Made by a program: the position numbers and the translations under genes. DNA of 62,881 nt, from the NCBI GenBank assembly GCA_964570975.1, contig CAZMZV010000001.1, forward strand, positions 5,084 to 67,964, written 5' to 3'. Every line of letters starts with the position of its first letter. The first letter of the stretch is position 1. Source of the stretch: an uncultured Methanotrichaceae archaeon. GTDB lineage: Archaea > Halobacteriota > Methanosarcinia > Methanotrichales > Methanotrichaceae. Below are positions 10,323-21,599 of this stretch, one piece after another. The notes under the pieces were generated by a model that was not told the origin of the DNA, made no database searches, and was given only the letters and a program-made list of their open reading frames with translations.

Positions 10323-10946
10323 TCAAAAGCGCTCTCGCTCTAAGCTCTTCCAGATGTGAAAAAACCGCTGGATAGCTGTTATGTGGCTGAATATCATAGT
10401 GAGTAAAACCATCCAGCCGAGTATGGTTAGGCCCTCCAATTTCTCTGGATATAGCGCATTTGCAACAGTCGCGATGAAAAGAAATATCAGCCTGTCAGCC
10501 CTTCCGAGAATGCCACCGTAGTATCTGCCGAGGTTCAGAGCCTGCGCCTCTGTTCCTATGTAGCTCGTCATCAGCACCCCCACGATTGTCAGAAGCCCTA
10601 TCTCCCACTGGATGTATCCGGCTAAGATTATTCCCATGAGAAACAGGATGTCAGAGTATCTGTCTAGGACGTGATCCAGAAAGTCTCCCTTTGGATCCAC
10701 GCGTCCCGTTCGCCGCGCAAGAGCTCCATCTGTTGCATCTGCGATCCCATTCATCATGACCATGAGCGCAGCCCAAAAAAGCATCCTGTGATCCGATGCT
10801 GAGATGTAGTAAAATAAGAATGCGATCATGGAGAACGCCAGCGAGAGTGCTGAGAGCATGTTCGGGGTCAGGCCGACCCTCTCGGCTATCTCGGCGATCG
10901 GCTCGGTCAATGATCTCGATAAATCCCTGAGATCATCCAAGGTCAA
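10323..10946 (-). CDS. CDP-alcohol phosphatidyltransferase
   Basis: TPN and DATDGALAR...GDFLDHVLDR signature. Confidence 0.93.
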   Translation of the reverse strand: MTLDDLRDLSRSLTEPIAEIAERVGLTPNMLSALSLAFSMIAFLFYYISASDHRMLFWAALMVMMNGIADATDGALARRTGRVDPKGDFLDHVLDRYSDILFLMGIILAGYIQWEIGLLTIVGVLMTSYIGTEAQALNLGRYYGGILGRADRLIFLFIATVANALYPEKLEGLTILGWMVLLTMIFSHITAIQRFFHIWKSLERERF

Positions 10947-11451
10947 TCTCAGGATCCCCCAGCCAGTCGATGCCTCCGGGGGGCATCTCGATCTCTCTTT
11001 TTATCACGGATATCACCAGAGATGCCACCTCCTCCGGGCTTCTATCAGTGGTATCGATCTCATGCACCTTTGAGCAGAGCTCGAGGGCCTCGATCAGGAT
11101 CAGATCTATCGCCTCCGCCTCGACATTCTCATCGATCTTGCTCTTTGGATATCCACGGGCTTCAAGCCGCTCTCTGAGCCTGTTAGGATGCAGCCTTAGA
11201 ACTATCGCTTCATCTGCGAAATGGTGGGCAAAATGACCCTCGATGACCACAACATCTTCGCTTGAGCCCACCAGCTCCTTTATCTTCTCCGCAAGAGCAT
11301 CCATATCCGCTTCGAGACAGCCGCGCTCGTAATCGAATCCGGCGCTGAGCCCAGATCTCACGAGCTCATTGAGATCGACGATCCTGAAGGGAAGAAGCTT
11401 CGCCACCGTGCTCTTCCCAGTACCGGGTGTGCCAGTCAGGGCTATAAGCAT
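10933..11451 (-). CDS. Adenylate kinase (AK6/Fap7-like)
   Basis: TGTPGTGKS, IEGH, RGY..KI.EN.EAE. Confidence 0.9.
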   Translation of the reverse strand: MLIALTGTPGTGKSTVAKLLPFRIVDLNELVRSGLSAGFDYERGCLEADMDALAEKIKELVGSSEDVVVIEGHFAHHFADEAIVLRLHPNRLRERLEARGYPKSKIDENVEAEAIDLILIEALELCSKVHEIDTTDRSPEEVASLVISVIKREIEMPPGGIDWLGDPEIDLG

Positions 11452-12509
11452 AGCTCTCGATACGCCTCCAGGAACCGCACGTTCTGCTCGGGAGTCCCAA
11501 CAGTCACCCTTATGTGGTGGTCGCCTGCATCCCTGAAGGACCTGCAGTCCCTGACGATCACGCCCCGCCTCAGCATCCTCTCAGTTATAACATCAGATCT
11601 CTCTGATGTCTCGATGTACAGAAAGTTGCCCCAGGAGGGGCTTGCCTCGACGATCTCAGATAGCATGCGCTCCCTCTCAGCTTTTATCAGCTCAACTGAC
11701 CTCAACATGTATTCCAAATCGCTAAGTGCAGCGATTCCAGCAGCAACAGATGTTGTGGTCAGGCCGAAGAATGGCGGAGCGGCTTTCCTGTATTCCTCCG
11801 CGATCCAGGAAGGCGCGATCGCATAGCCGAGGCGAATTCCAGCAAGGCCGAATGCCTTTGACATCGTCCTTCCAACCACGAGATTATCGTATTCATTTAC
11901 GAGATCTATCATGCTCCTCTCGGCGAACTCGACATAGGCTTCATCCAGGAAGACTATCGCATCAGTGGACTCCACAATGGATCTGATGTCATCCTCGCCC
12001 ATGACCTCGCCGGTCGGATTATTGGGAGAGCAGATGAAGACCATCCCCAGCTTCTCATCGCTCAGATGCTCCCTCAGATGCGACAGGCCGTGGGACCTTT
12101 TTACGAAGAGAGGCTCCGCTCCGCAGAGGATGGTGACGATCTCGTAGAAGCTGAATGTGGGGGTGGGGATCAGAGAGCGAACTCCATACTCGAGGAAGAG
12201 CCTGGAGAGCGTGTCTATAACGCCATCCATCCCAGATCCGACGAGAACCTGATCCTCGTGGAAGCCGGTGTAGGATGCGATAGCCCTCAGCAGAGAATCC
12301 GTCTCAGGATAGAGGTTCAGAGGCGCCTCAGAGATCGCTTTTTTCACCTTCGGCGATGGCCCGTATGGATTCTCGTTGCTGCCGAGCTTCACGATTCTCT
12401 CTGGAGGTATCCCATACCTTCTTGAGATCTCCTCTATACCCTTTCCAGCCACGTATGGTTTGAGGTCGGCCAGCGCGGCTCTCAGTTTAGAGTATCTCTC
12501 CAAGCACAT
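11442..12509 (-). CDS. hisC: Histidinol-phosphate aminotransferase
   Basis: KLGSNENP, SPNNPTG, DEAY, RTMSKAFGLAGIRLGY. Confidence 0.93.
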   Translation of the reverse strand: MCLERYSKLRAALADLKPYVAGKGIEEISRRYGIPPERIVKLGSNENPYGPSPKVKKAISEAPLNLYPETDSLLRAIASYTGFHEDQVLVGSGMDGVIDTLSRLFLEYGVRSLIPTPTFSFYEIVTILCGAEPLFVKRSHGLSHLREHLSDEKLGMVFICSPNNPTGEVMGEDDIRSIVESTDAIVFLDEAYVEFAERSMIDLVNEYDNLVVGRTMSKAFGLAGIRLGYAIAPSWIAEEYRKAAPPFFGLTTTSVAAGIAALSDLEYMLRSVELIKAERERMLSEIVEASPSWGNFLYIETSERSDVITERMLRRGVIVRDCRSFRDAGDHHIRVTVGTPEQNVRFLEAYRELCL

Positions 12510-13692
12510 CCACCACGCGATCTATCTCTGCCTTGGTGACCACAAGGGGCGGGACGAGTCTAAGTGTGTGATCTCCGGTGCTGTTTAACAGGATTCCGCG
12601 CTCTCGCGCCATGTCCACAGCAGATCTGGCATCCCCCTCGATATCCACACCGACCATCAGCCCCAGGCCACGTGTTCTTACTGGCAGCCCTCTCAACTTG
12701 GATATGAGATAGCTGCCCATATCCTCAGATCTCTTCACAAGCTTCTCATTTTTTATAGCTGTTATGGAGGCGATGGCTGCTGCGCATACCAATGGCCCGC
12801 CGCCAAAGGTGGATGCGTGATCGCCGCGCTGGAAGCAGCTGGAGACGCTCTCTGAGGCGAGCATCGCGCCCATCGGGAGACCACCAGCAATTGCCTTTGC
12901 AAGCGTCATAACGTCTGGCATGATCCCGCTGTGATCCTTTCCAAACCATCTGCCTGTGCGCCCAAAACCCGTCTGGACCTCATCGAATATAAGCAGAGCA
13001 CCGTTATCATCGCATATATCCCTGGCAGCACGGAGGTATTCGTTGGAGGCCACATAAACCCCAGCCTCGCCCTGTACGGTCTCCAGTATCACCCCAGCGG
13101 TGCTTCTCTTTACGGCTGACTTGAGCGCCTCTGCATCGTTGTAAGGCACGAATGTGGCCTCGTTCAAAGGCCTGAACGGCTCTCTGTAATTCGATTTGTA
13201 TGTCAGCCCCAGGGATCCCATCGTTCTCCCGTGGAAGCTGCCTGTTGCAGCGACCATCTCATATCTTCCGGTCGCCTTACGCACGAGCTTAATCGCGGCC
13301 TCGACGCTCTCCGTTCCGGAATTGCAGAAGAACACCTTGTCCATGCCGGTAAGCGACTTGAGCTCTTCTGCAAGAACGACCTGGTTCTCGGTGTAGTACA
13401 AATTAGATGTGTGTATGAGAAGCTCGCACTGCTTCTTTATGGCATCCACAACCATTGGATGGCAGTGGCCTACGTTGTTCACAGCGATTCCAGCTACGAA
13501 ATCTATATACTCCCTGCCGTTCGAGTCCCAGACCCTCGCTCCGGAGCCGCGGACTATCAGCAGAGGCTGCCTGGTATATGTCTGAAATATGGCTCTAGCT
13601 TCTCTTTCTATTATATCCTTCATAGTGACATCCTCAAAACTCATGAACCTTCTTGTTACCGTTTTTTGATCGAATCTCCCAAAAGAGCTCAT
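12487..13692 (-). CDS. argD: Acetylornithine aminotransferase
   Basis: NSGTES.EAA, SFHGRT, DEVQTGFGRTG, TLAKAIAGG, HASTFGG; alternative start at 13644. Confidence 0.92.
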   Translation of the reverse strand: MSSFGRFDQKTVTRRFMSFEDVTMKDIIEREARAIFQTYTRQPLLIVRGSGARVWDSNGREYIDFVAGIAVNNVGHCHPMVVDAIKKQCELLIHTSNLYYTENQVVLAEELKSLTGMDKVFFCNSGTESVEAAIKLVRKATGRYEMVAATGSFHGRTMGSLGLTYKSNYREPFRPLNEATFVPYNDAEALKSAVKRSTAGVILETVQGEAGVYVASNEYLRAARDICDDNGALLIFDEVQTGFGRTGRWFGKDHSGIMPDVMTLAKAIAGGLPMGAMLASESVSSCFQRGDHASTFGGGPLVCAAAIASITAIKNEKLVKRSEDMGSYLISKLRGLPVRTRGLGLMVGVDIEGDARSAVDMARERGILLNSTGDHTLRLVPPLVVTKAEIDRVVDVLGEIL

Positions 13693-14330
13693 AAGAATCT
13701 CCTCGCGAATCTCAGGCTCTCTCTGATCTGGGCCTTGACATTATTGCAGGTCACGCCCATGTGTCCAGGATACATGCATCTCACATCTAGCTCGAGCAGT
13801 CTCTCTATCGATCGCACGAGATCCTCTATCGATCCGCCGAAGAGATCCGTTCTGCCTATATTTCCATCTGGAAACACCGTGTCGCCTGAGAATAGCATCT
13901 TCTCATCCCGCTCATAAAGACAGATGCTTCCGGGTGAATGACCGGGTGTGTGGATGACCTCCAGCCTTAAATCGCCCAGATCGAGGGAGATTCCATCATC
14001 CAGCGGCACGTCTACCACGTACTCAGGCGCAGTATCCCCAAAAAGATATGCAACTGTTGCGAGATCATCCCCAACGAGACCTATCTCCTCTCTTGAGAGC
14101 AGTATCTTCGCGCCTGTGCTCTCCTTTATCCTGGGCGCCGCGGCAGAATGATCATGATGGCAGTGTGTTAGAATGATCATCTCCAATTCCGTAGGATCGA
14201 TAAACTTACCTATCTTTTTTATTGTGGGCTCAAAGTACATGCCCGCATCTATGAGAGCGGGCCGCTCGGCCATGACCAGATATGCATTGCCGTCATAGGC
14301 AGCACCGCTAACCTTATGCACTTCGACCAT
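13689..14330 (-). CDS. MBL-fold metallo-hydrolase (glyoxalase II-like)
   Basis: THCHHDH, TPGHSPG, FSGDT, PGH. Confidence 0.9.
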   Translation of the reverse strand: MVEVHKVSGAAYDGNAYLVMAERPALIDAGMYFEPTIKKIGKFIDPTELEMIILTHCHHDHSAAAPRIKESTGAKILLSREEIGLVGDDLATVAYLFGDTAPEYVVDVPLDDGISLDLGDLRLEVIHTPGHSPGSICLYERDEKMLFSGDTVFPDGNIGRTDLFGGSIEDLVRSIERLLELDVRCMYPGHMGVTCNNVKAQIRESLRFARRFL

Positions 14331-14375
14331 CTAAACACCTTCTGGCCAAATAACGTCTGAATATATAATGGTAAC

Positions 14376-15659
14376 ATGACTCTGATGGATGATGCAAAAA
14401 AAGGACATATCCCTGATGCTATCAGGATGGCGGCAGAAGCTGAGGGCTTAGATCCCGAGATGCTGAGAAGAAGCATCGCGAAGGGGAGAGCCGTTGTTCC
14501 CATGAATATCAGGAGAAAGAGAGCAAAGGCACTGGCTATTGGAGAGTTCGTCTCCACAAAGGTCAATGTCAACGTTGGAACATCGCCTTCTCTCTGCGAC
14601 TTAAATGCTGAGGTGGAAAAGGCGATAGCTGCAGTCGATGCGGGCGCGGATACCATCATGGATCTATCGACCGGCGGAGATCTGAACGAGATAAGAAGGG
14701 CTGTGCTCAAGGCGGTTGACGTGCCGGTCGGGACCGTTCCGATATATCAAGCGGCTGTAAATGGCGATCTCACCTCTCAGGGGCTTTTCGATGCCCTGGA
14801 GCTCCACGCGAAGGATGGCGTTGATTTCGTCACGGTGCATGTAGGAGTCAACAAAGAATCTCTGAGAAGGCTCAGCAGGGACCCGAGGCTTATGGGCGTG
14901 GTATCTCGCGGCGGCTCCCTCACAATGAAGTACATCGCGGAGACCGGCGAGGATAACCCCTATTACGAGGAGTTCGATTATCTGCTCGAGATCGCGAAGG
15001 AGTACGATCTGACATTGAGCCTTGGCGATGGTCTCAGGCCTGGATGCATAGAGGATGCGAGCGATCGAGCGAAGTACATGGAGTTCATAGCTCTAGGGGA
15101 GTTAGCTACAAAGGCCAGAGAGGCTGGGGTTCAGGTTATGGTTGAGGGGCCGGGGCATGTGCCCGCGGACGAGATCGAGACCAGCGTCAGGGCTATGAAG
15201 TACCTCACGGATGGCGCGCCGGTTTATCTGCTCGGCCCGATCGTGACTGATATAGCGCCAGGATACGATCACATCACAGCCGCGATGGGGGGCCTCATCG
15301 CTGGTATGGCGGGCGCCGACTTCCTGTGCGCTACCACCCCGAGCGAGCATCTCGACCTCCCGACGAAGGAGGACATCGTCGAGGGAACCATGGTTACCAG
15401 AATAGCAGCTCATGCCGCGGACCTGACAAAGCCTGGGGTGAGAGAGCGCGCCAGGGCATGGGATAGAAGAATGGCCGAGGCGAGGGCTAATCTCGACTGG
15501 GAGGCCCAGTTCAAAGAGGCTATAGATCCCATAAAAGCAAGAAGAATTCGCCATCGCAGAGGTCTCGATGTAGAGACCTGTACAATGTGCAGCGATCTAT
15601 GCGCTATCAGAATCGCACGAGAGGCGCTGAAGCGGGAGAGGTCCGATGAACCTCGATAG
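14376..15659 (+). CDS. thiC: Phosphomethylpyrimidine synthase (ThiC family)
   Basis: [40 protein letters not shown]-terminal CTMCSDLC; a Bza-type paralog is not excluded. Confidence 0.92.
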   Translation: MTLMDDAKKGHIPDAIRMAAEAEGLDPEMLRRSIAKGRAVVPMNIRRKRAKALAIGEFVSTKVNVNVGTSPSLCDLNAEVEKAIAAVDAGADTIMDLSTGGDLNEIRRAVLKAVDVPVGTVPIYQAAVNGDLTSQGLFDALELHAKDGVDFVTVHVGVNKESLRRLSRDPRLMGVVSRGGSLTMKYIAETGEDNPYYEEFDYLLEIAKEYDLTLSLGDGLRPGCIEDASDRAKYMEFIALGELATKAREAGVQVMVEGPGHVPADEIETSVRAMKYLTDGAPVYLLGPIVTDIAPGYDHITAAMGGLIAGMAGADFLCATTPSEHLDLPTKEDIVEGTMVTRIAAHAADLTKPGVRERARAWDRRMAEARANLDWEAQFKEAIDPIKARRIRHRRGLDVETCTMCSDLCAIRIAREALKRERSDEPR

Positions 15660-16656
15660 TGTTGCGGATTCGATAATGCGGTATTTGAAGGCAAGTCCAA
15701 AAGAACTCATGGATCAGACGGGAATAAGAGAGGGCGATTTTATACCCATAGAGCCCCTCAAATTCGATGGAAGGATCTTCGCGGTGGATGGTTCCAACAT
15801 CGAGATATGCGATCTCTCGGTTATCAAGATGAACCACATCAGAGCGGGATATGTGGTCTATCGGGGCAGCAGATGGGAGAAGACCGTCATAACCTATGAC
15901 GACTTGTTTTTAGCGGACAGAATGAACTACATCGAGAGCTTCAGGAAGCCGCTGGAGATCTTCGGTCTCGAGGGGCTTGCTCTGAGCGGCTTGCGCGGTA
16001 GCGAGCTTGATAGGCTCTCGACGTATTTCAGAGAGCTACAAGAGTACGTGGCACTCAACGAGGCTCTGAATGAGATGGATGAAGGGGATCTGCTCCTTTA
16101 CGACGGCGGATTTGCCCTGTGGAAGGATCGCCCCTTCGGGAAGGTTCTGGAGCGCATATTCGAAAGGGCCTCAAAGCGTGGAGTGTATCTCCTAGGCGTC
16201 AGCAAAAGCAGCTCCATCTACTGGGGAAGGGAGATCTCGATGCCCCTCGTCTACCACCTCTTCCGTTTTGGCAGAAGCATGCTTCCGGGAAGGGCATGGT
16301 ATGTCAATCTCAGAGGTAAATATGTGAAGCATGATCCGCTTGAGGAGATATGGCGGGGAAGCGTTTGCATAGCGATGTTCCATCCGATGGGCAATCGCGC
16401 ATTCAGGGTAGATCTCCCTGAGTATCTTGAGGAACAGATACCTTCTGCAATAGCGAAAGCATCTGCGTTCTCCGGATCTTCAGAATGTATGGGTTATCCC
16501 CACGCTCTCTTCAGGGCGCACAGGGACATAAGAATAAAAGCGCAGGAGGGCGAGATGAGCTGGATGAGGGTGCTGGACGCGCTCTCACCTTACATAAATA
16601 TCTCAGAGCTGGATGGTGTAAAGGAATTCCACGAGATACTGGAGAGCCACGGCTGA
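15646..16656 (+). CDS. NurA-domain nuclease
   Basis: [32 protein letters not shown] motifs. Confidence 0.85.
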   Translation: MNLDSVADSIMRYLKASPKELMDQTGIREGDFIPIEPLKFDGRIFAVDGSNIEICDLSVIKMNHIRAGYVVYRGSRWEKTVITYDDLFLADRMNYIESFRKPLEIFGLEGLALSGLRGSELDRLSTYFRELQEYVALNEALNEMDEGDLLLYDGGFALWKDRPFGKVLERIFERASKRGVYLLGVSKSSSIYWGREISMPLVYHLFRFGRSMLPGRAWYVNLRGKYVKHDPLEEIWRGSVCIAMFHPMGNRAFRVDLPEYLEEQIPSAIAKASAFSGSSECMGYPHALFRAHRDIRIKAQEGEMSWMRVLDALSPYINISELDGVKEFHEILESHG

Positions 16657-16694
16657 ATCATCCCTTCTTGCACGTAAATTTCGTAAACGCTCTT

Positions 16695-16784
16695 GGACGT
16701 GTTCGAATAAGGATCAAGTGTTTCTGATATGCAGAAGAGGAGAACGTCAAAATTTCTGGCCTAATCGCTTATCCGGACAGGTCC
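16695..16784 (-). mobile_element. MITE family A copy
   Basis: reverse orientation; perfect 8-bp TSD acgctctt at 16687-16694 and 16785-16792. Confidence 0.92.
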
Positions 16785-16796
16785 ACGCTCTTGGGA

Positions 16797-16935
16797 GAAA
16801 ACGCTCCTGAACCGATGTCAGCCATGGAAATGAAAATGCTCCGTCGATGGTGGCGCAGATGCATCTCTCGCCGTCGCTGGCCTGAAGCGATGCCAGCCAT
16901 GGAAATGAAAATGCTCCGGAGGCATTTTCTTACAC
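16797..16935 (+). repeat. Repeat family E with internal duplication
   Basis: cagccatggaaatgaaaatgctccg occurs twice; ends ggaggcattttc; matches 20181-20243. Confidence 0.65.
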
Positions 16936-17356
16936 GAGATATCCTTAGACAATAGAAGTTACGCAAATCGTCTATAAATACAGGATCGACTCTTGGCAAG
17001 ATAGCTCTTCGATAGAATATATAGAGGGGCCAGTGATAGTATGGATATACACAAAAGCAGCAGCATCTACCTCGCTATGATGTATGTTTATATAAAGTCC
17101 TATGAAGAGGCTATAAGCGATTTTGAAACCGCTGTCAAGGATACGGGGTTTGCGGATTTAGCCATAGCTGCAGTAAAGGAGAAGTTGCGTGAGAGGATAG
17201 ATCGGGTGACCAAAGAACTGGAGACCATGCACTCCAGCTGATCTACCTCAATATCTGGAAACTTCTTATTTGTATTTTGTCGAAATTGCTGTAAAATTCT
17301 CTTTGGATCGATATACACTGCGAAATCTGCGATCTAGAATGAAAATGGGCTGTTTT

Positions 17357-17475
17357 GGTGCTGCGCTGGATAATTCGAATCGATGTGGTCTTCAGATGTC
17401 GATTCTTATCAAAACTTTGATTCGTATGAATTGGTCTCTGCTATTGGATCTCTGAACATCATTCAGCACAGCACC
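17357..17475 (-). mobile_element. MITE family C copy nested in a family E repeat
   Basis: ggtgctgcgctggataa...attcagcacagcacc; reverse complement of 21600-21713; flanked by gaatgaaaatgg and ttcggaggtattttagtacc. Confidence 0.8.
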
Positions 17476-17677
17476 CTTTCGGAGGTATTTTAGTACCAAT
17501 TCGAAAAGGCGTTCATACAGCAGAGTATCAGCAAAACTCTTTTAGAGCTCGAATACCAGTATCTGAATCGACTCCTTCGGATCCGGGTGAGAATCGCGGC
17601 AATCGAGCTCCTGTCCGTATTTAGACTGTTGAGCGCCTCGTTTCCCGATTCTTCCTATAGGAAGTCGCTCAAAACCA

Positions 17678-18481
17678 GTGGATGTGAATCCCTTGAGGGT
17701 AGTGATTTACTACTATGGCGAGTTTGGCGAGAGGGTTGTTGGCAATCTGCTCAACTACGCCGGTTTTTGTATATCGTGCGGCGAGGCATGCACACAATGC
17801 AGGAGTGGCAAGTACAGCGGAGCCGAAGACATCGTGGCGGTTTTTGAGATGCAAGATCCAGCATCACTCGGGGACTTCATAGATGATGTGGATCCTTTGC
17901 TTCCGGAGGTGCCGGCCGCTGATATTGCAATTGTGATCAATATCCATCCCGACATAATCTTCGGAATGCTCCCGCGAATGAGAGAGGCTGGCATAAAGGG
18001 GATAATCGGCTGCTCTGAGAGCCCAAAGGACATGCCTCTCGGTCTCAGGATGCAATTATCGAGCAAAGCCGAGGAGCTTGGTATGGAGGCCGCATTCTCG
18101 AAACCATTCTGCGCTATGGCTCCAGACCCTGAAAAGCCGAACATCGCAGCGTTCTTGAATAGAGCGATGATAGGCGAGCCGGAGATAGATATCCTGTTGC
18201 AAAGAGGGCGGGAGGGACGAGATATCATCGCCGCAGCCAATGTTGTGAGATCGGCGCCCTGCGGATCGACATGGTTTGTGGCGAAGCGCCTGATCGGCTT
18301 CGAGAAAGACGATCCGGAGCTTAACGAGAGGATCTCGGAGGCGCATCATGCCTATCCGTGTACAGCGAGCATGGAGATGGATCCCGAGATCGGGGACACG
18401 GTCCTCCACAAAGCCGGGTACATAATAAGGGATAAGGTAGAGAAGGCTATACGAAGGGCTGAAACTCGACGGTCCGGCTGA
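17678..18481 (+). CDS. DUF166-family protein
   Basis: HPD, KPFC, VVRSAPCGSTWFVA, HHAYPCTASM..D...H.AG. Confidence 0.82.
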   Translation: MDVNPLRVVIYYYGEFGERVVGNLLNYAGFCISCGEACTQCRSGKYSGAEDIVAVFEMQDPASLGDFIDDVDPLLPEVPAADIAIVINIHPDIIFGMLPRMREAGIKGIIGCSESPKDMPLGLRMQLSSKAEELGMEAAFSKPFCAMAPDPEKPNIAAFLNRAMIGEPEIDILLQRGREGRDIIAAANVVRSAPCGSTWFVAKRLIGFEKDDPELNERISEAHHAYPCTASMEMDPEIGDTVLHKAGYIIRDKVEKAIRRAETRRSG

Positions 18482-18638
18482 AGTTCTAATCGGGCGCATG
18501 AGATTCGCTTTCTGGATCTGACGATGAATCTTAAGAGGATAAAAGAACAGCAGATGAAGAAACAACATCTAAGAGCATCTCATCAAGAGATCAGCTTGGA
18601 AGAAAAGGTTTTGTAAGATAGAGTGGTTAAATAAAAAC

Positions 18639-19121
18639 ATGAAAATTCCATTCGCATTATCTATCATGCTCGCAGCCGATGATAAAGCGCATGCCGAAGC
18701 AAAAAGGTGGCTCGAAAAAGGCAATTCTCATTTCAATTCCGGCCGATACGAAATGGCGCTCGATGCATACGATCGCGCTTTAGGGCTGGATCCGACCCTT
18801 GTGGACGCCTGGAACAACAAGGGCATCTCACTCACATATCTGGGTCGGTACGAGGATGCTCTGATAAGCTACGATGAGGCTCTAAAGCTCGATCCCAAGA
18901 ATGCATATGCTTGGAACAACAAGGGAATGGCCCTCGGATCCATGAGGAGATACCAGGAGGCACTCGCATGCTTCGACAAGGCGCTGGAGATAGATGCTTA
19001 CTTCATAGGCGCGTGGTATAATAAGAGCTACGCGATGTCAGCGCTCGGCAGAGCGAGAGAGGCGAAGGCTGCGATGATCACAGCAAAGACCCTGGAGAGC
19101 GCGGCGAGGAGATGCCGTTGA
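18639..19121 (+). CDS. Tetratricopeptide repeat protein
   Basis: repeated AWNNKG..L..LGRY..AL..YD.AL. Confidence 0.9.
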   Translation: MKIPFALSIMLAADDKAHAEAKRWLEKGNSHFNSGRYEMALDAYDRALGLDPTLVDAWNNKGISLTYLGRYEDALISYDEALKLDPKNAYAWNNKGMALGSMRRYQEALACFDKALEIDAYFIGAWYNKSYAMSALGRAREAKAAMITAKTLESAARRCR

Positions 19122-19208
19122 ATCTGGCATTCTTCCCCCTGAAAGAAGGGATATCGCTGCTTCCCTCTATGAGGCACGTCTTCGATAGCCGGGGATGTTG
19201 AGAGTCGT

Positions 19209-19248
19209 GTGACTTTGTCTCCCCATTAATACCGGAGTCTTTGCTGCC
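19209..19248 (-). repeat. Hairpin repeat family H (degenerate)
   Basis: reverse complement ggcagcaaagactccggtattaatggggagacaaagtcac. Confidence 0.45.
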
Positions 19249-19348
19249 CATGCTCCACTAACCTAGCACCGCCTCTGGTTCACGTGGTTTTCTTGTACCC
19301 CCTTGATCACCGCTGAGTTTAATTTCTGAATCACATCAATGGGCATTC

Positions 19349-20143
19349 ATGAGCAAGATCGGAAAATCGATAAGGCTTGAACGCATAATCGACAGGAAGA
19401 CGAAGAAGACGGTTATCGTGCCTATGGATCACGGCCTCACCGTTGGACCCATACCGGGTCTCATCGATCTGGCAGCTGCAGTGGATAAGGTCGCAGAGGG
19501 TGGAGCAAACGCTGTCGTCGGCCATATGGGCCTCCCCCTCTACGGCCACAGGGGATATGGCAGAGATGTCGGCCTCATAATACATCTATCGGCATCAACA
19601 TCTCTCGGCCCGGATACGAATCACAAGGTCCTCGTGACCAGGGTGGAGGATGCCATACGGGTTGGTGCTGATGGCGTCAGCATACATGTGAATGTGGGTG
19701 CTGAGGATGAGGCTGAGATGCTCCGCGATCTCGGAATGGTCGCGAGGAAATGCGACCTCTGGGGTATGCCGCTTCTTGCCATGATGTATCCGCGTGGCCC
19801 TAAGGTCAAGTCAGAGCATGACGTGGAGTACGTGAAGCATGCAGCCCGTGTAGGGGCGGAACTCGGCGTGGATATCGTGAAGACCAACTACACCGGATCC
19901 ATAGATACATTCAGGGAGGTCGTCAGGGGATGCCCTGCGCCGGTGGTCATAGCCGGCGGTCCGAAGATGGATACGGAAGAGGATTTGCTGCAGATGGTAT
20001 ACGATGCGATGCAGGCTGGTGCCGCTGGCATCTCGATAGGCAGAAACATCTTCCAGGCAGACGATCCCACGCTCTTGACGAGAAAGCTATCCAAGATCGT
20101 CCACGAAGGATACACTCCAGAGGAGGCCGCAAGGCTTCGCTGA
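19349..20143 (+). CDS. DhnA-family class I aldolase, probably 2-amino-3,7-dideoxy-D-threo-hept-6-ulosonate synthase
   Basis: [36 protein letters not shown]. Confidence 0.88.
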   Translation: MSKIGKSIRLERIIDRKTKKTVIVPMDHGLTVGPIPGLIDLAAAVDKVAEGGANAVVGHMGLPLYGHRGYGRDVGLIIHLSASTSLGPDTNHKVLVTRVEDAIRVGADGVSIHVNVGAEDEAEMLRDLGMVARKCDLWGMPLLAMMYPRGPKVKSEHDVEYVKHAARVGAELGVDIVKTNYTGSIDTFREVVRGCPAPVVIAGGPKMDTEEDLLQMVYDAMQAGAAGISIGRNIFQADDPTLLTRKLSKIVHEGYTPEEAARLR

Positions 20144-20180
20144 TATCTCAAAGGCTATCGAAATCTTCCTCTTCGAATCG

Positions 20181-20250
20181 AAAAACGCTCATGACCTAAG
20201 GTCACCCATGGTAATGAAAGTGGTTCGGCAGCATTTTCGTACCATAATTC
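20181..20250 (+). repeat. Repeat family E
   Basis: aaaaacgctcatgacctaaggtcacccatggtaatgaaagtggttcggcagcattttcgtacc. Confidence 0.7.
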
Positions 20251-20275
20251 GATCGAAGTCGGATATCGATAGAGA

Positions 20276-20320
20276 ATAGGAGGCCGCAAACTCCGGTCTT
20301 CAGGCCGGAGATGAGGTCGC
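20276..20320 (+). repeat. Hairpin repeat family H (near consensus)
   Basis: ataggaggccgcaaactccggtcttcaggccggagatgaggtcgc. Confidence 0.8.
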
Positions 20321-20433
20321 AATCAATTGTTTTTTACTTTGGAGAAGCTATCCGAAGGAGCAAGTACAGGAGGAGGTGCTTTGGGGCATTTGTAATTTCA
20401 GCTTATCGGAGAGGCACTCCGGCTATCAGGACA

Positions 20434-21531
20434 TCATGCCAGGATGTGTATATTGCCAAGCCGGACGTTCTTCAGACCCCTTCTCCTTGCTATCTCCAGG
20501 CAGCGCATGGCCAGGGATCTCGGCGTGAACGGCAGGTCTCTCATGCAGAAATCTGGATGAAATGCGAGCAGTGTGTAAGGGATGGATGGATTCAATGACG
20601 ATAGGAACTCTGCAATGCCTCTTACCTCCTCCTCATCAACATATCCGGGGACGAGCAGAGTGCTAGCTATCACTAGTGGTGGTAACTCTCTGCGCTCCAT
20701 AAAGCCGGCTGCGATGGAGATGTTCTCCAGAGTCCTCCTGTTCGATACGCCGGTCAATGCTCTGTGGACATTTTCGTCCATCGCCTTCAGATCGAACTTG
20801 ATACATCCTCCAGTATGGAGGGAGAGATCCAGCATCTCGTTTAGATGGGCTCTGTTCATGGAGCCGTTTGTCTCCCAGCAGATCCGCAGGATTCTGCCAG
20901 TAGCCCTTTTCAGCGCCAGTCGCGATGCTCTGAGAGCGAATGGGGTCTGAGCTGCAGGATCTCCGCCGAAATAGCATATGCATGAGGTTCTCTCATCCAC
21001 ACCGTCCACAAGTTCATGGACGCTGCTGGTCTCGGGACGCAGAGTCTCCCGACGGAACTGCCAGTTCTGGCAGTAGAGACAGTTGAATGTGCATGCATGG
21101 AAGAATACAGCCAGATTTTTGTAGCCGAGCTCGGGGCCTTGAGTGTATGCATATTTAGGATAACCAGCACCGGTTCCTCCCGCGCAGACCCAGTCCCCGA
21201 CGCAATTGGTCGGCAGAGGATCGTGGTACCATGAGAGCTTTCCCTCCTCCGAGGAGACGCCTGTTATCCTTCCACCCAAGTTGGTTCTCAGACCGCAATA
21301 TCCCATGCCACCTGGCGGTATTCTGCATTCATTTGCGCATATGTTACAAGCCACCCCAGCAGGATCCTTTGGCGGATCTGCCGGCAGCCCATAAGCGGCT
21401 CGTATTCTTCTATGTGCGACCATCGCGATCTGAAGGGCGTTTTCAGGCTGCTCTCTTATACAACTGAGACATACCCCCAGTTCCGCAGAGATCAGGCCTG
21501 AAACCTTCCCGCATAAAGAGCAACGAGCCAT
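20434..21531 (-). CDS. Radical SAM protein (PflA/AmmeMemoRadiSam-like)
   Basis: CTFNCLYC, FGGDP, ETNG, FDLK, C-terminal GN; N-terminal CxxC pairs. Confidence 0.9.
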   Translation of the reverse strand: MARCSLCGKVSGLISAELGVCLSCIREQPENALQIAMVAHRRIRAAYGLPADPPKDPAGVACNICANECRIPPGGMGYCGLRTNLGGRITGVSSEEGKLSWYHDPLPTNCVGDWVCAGGTGAGYPKYAYTQGPELGYKNLAVFFHACTFNCLYCQNWQFRRETLRPETSSVHELVDGVDERTSCICYFGGDPAAQTPFALRASRLALKRATGRILRICWETNGSMNRAHLNEMLDLSLHTGGCIKFDLKAMDENVHRALTGVSNRRTLENISIAAGFMERRELPPLVIASTLLVPGYVDEEEVRGIAEFLSSLNPSIPYTLLAFHPDFCMRDLPFTPRSLAMRCLEIARRRGLKNVRLGNIHILA

Positions 21532-21599
21532 GTGATCTCACCTCAATCGATTAATGCGAAGGTTGTATCATTATTGTATATTAACTTCAGCCTCTCAGC

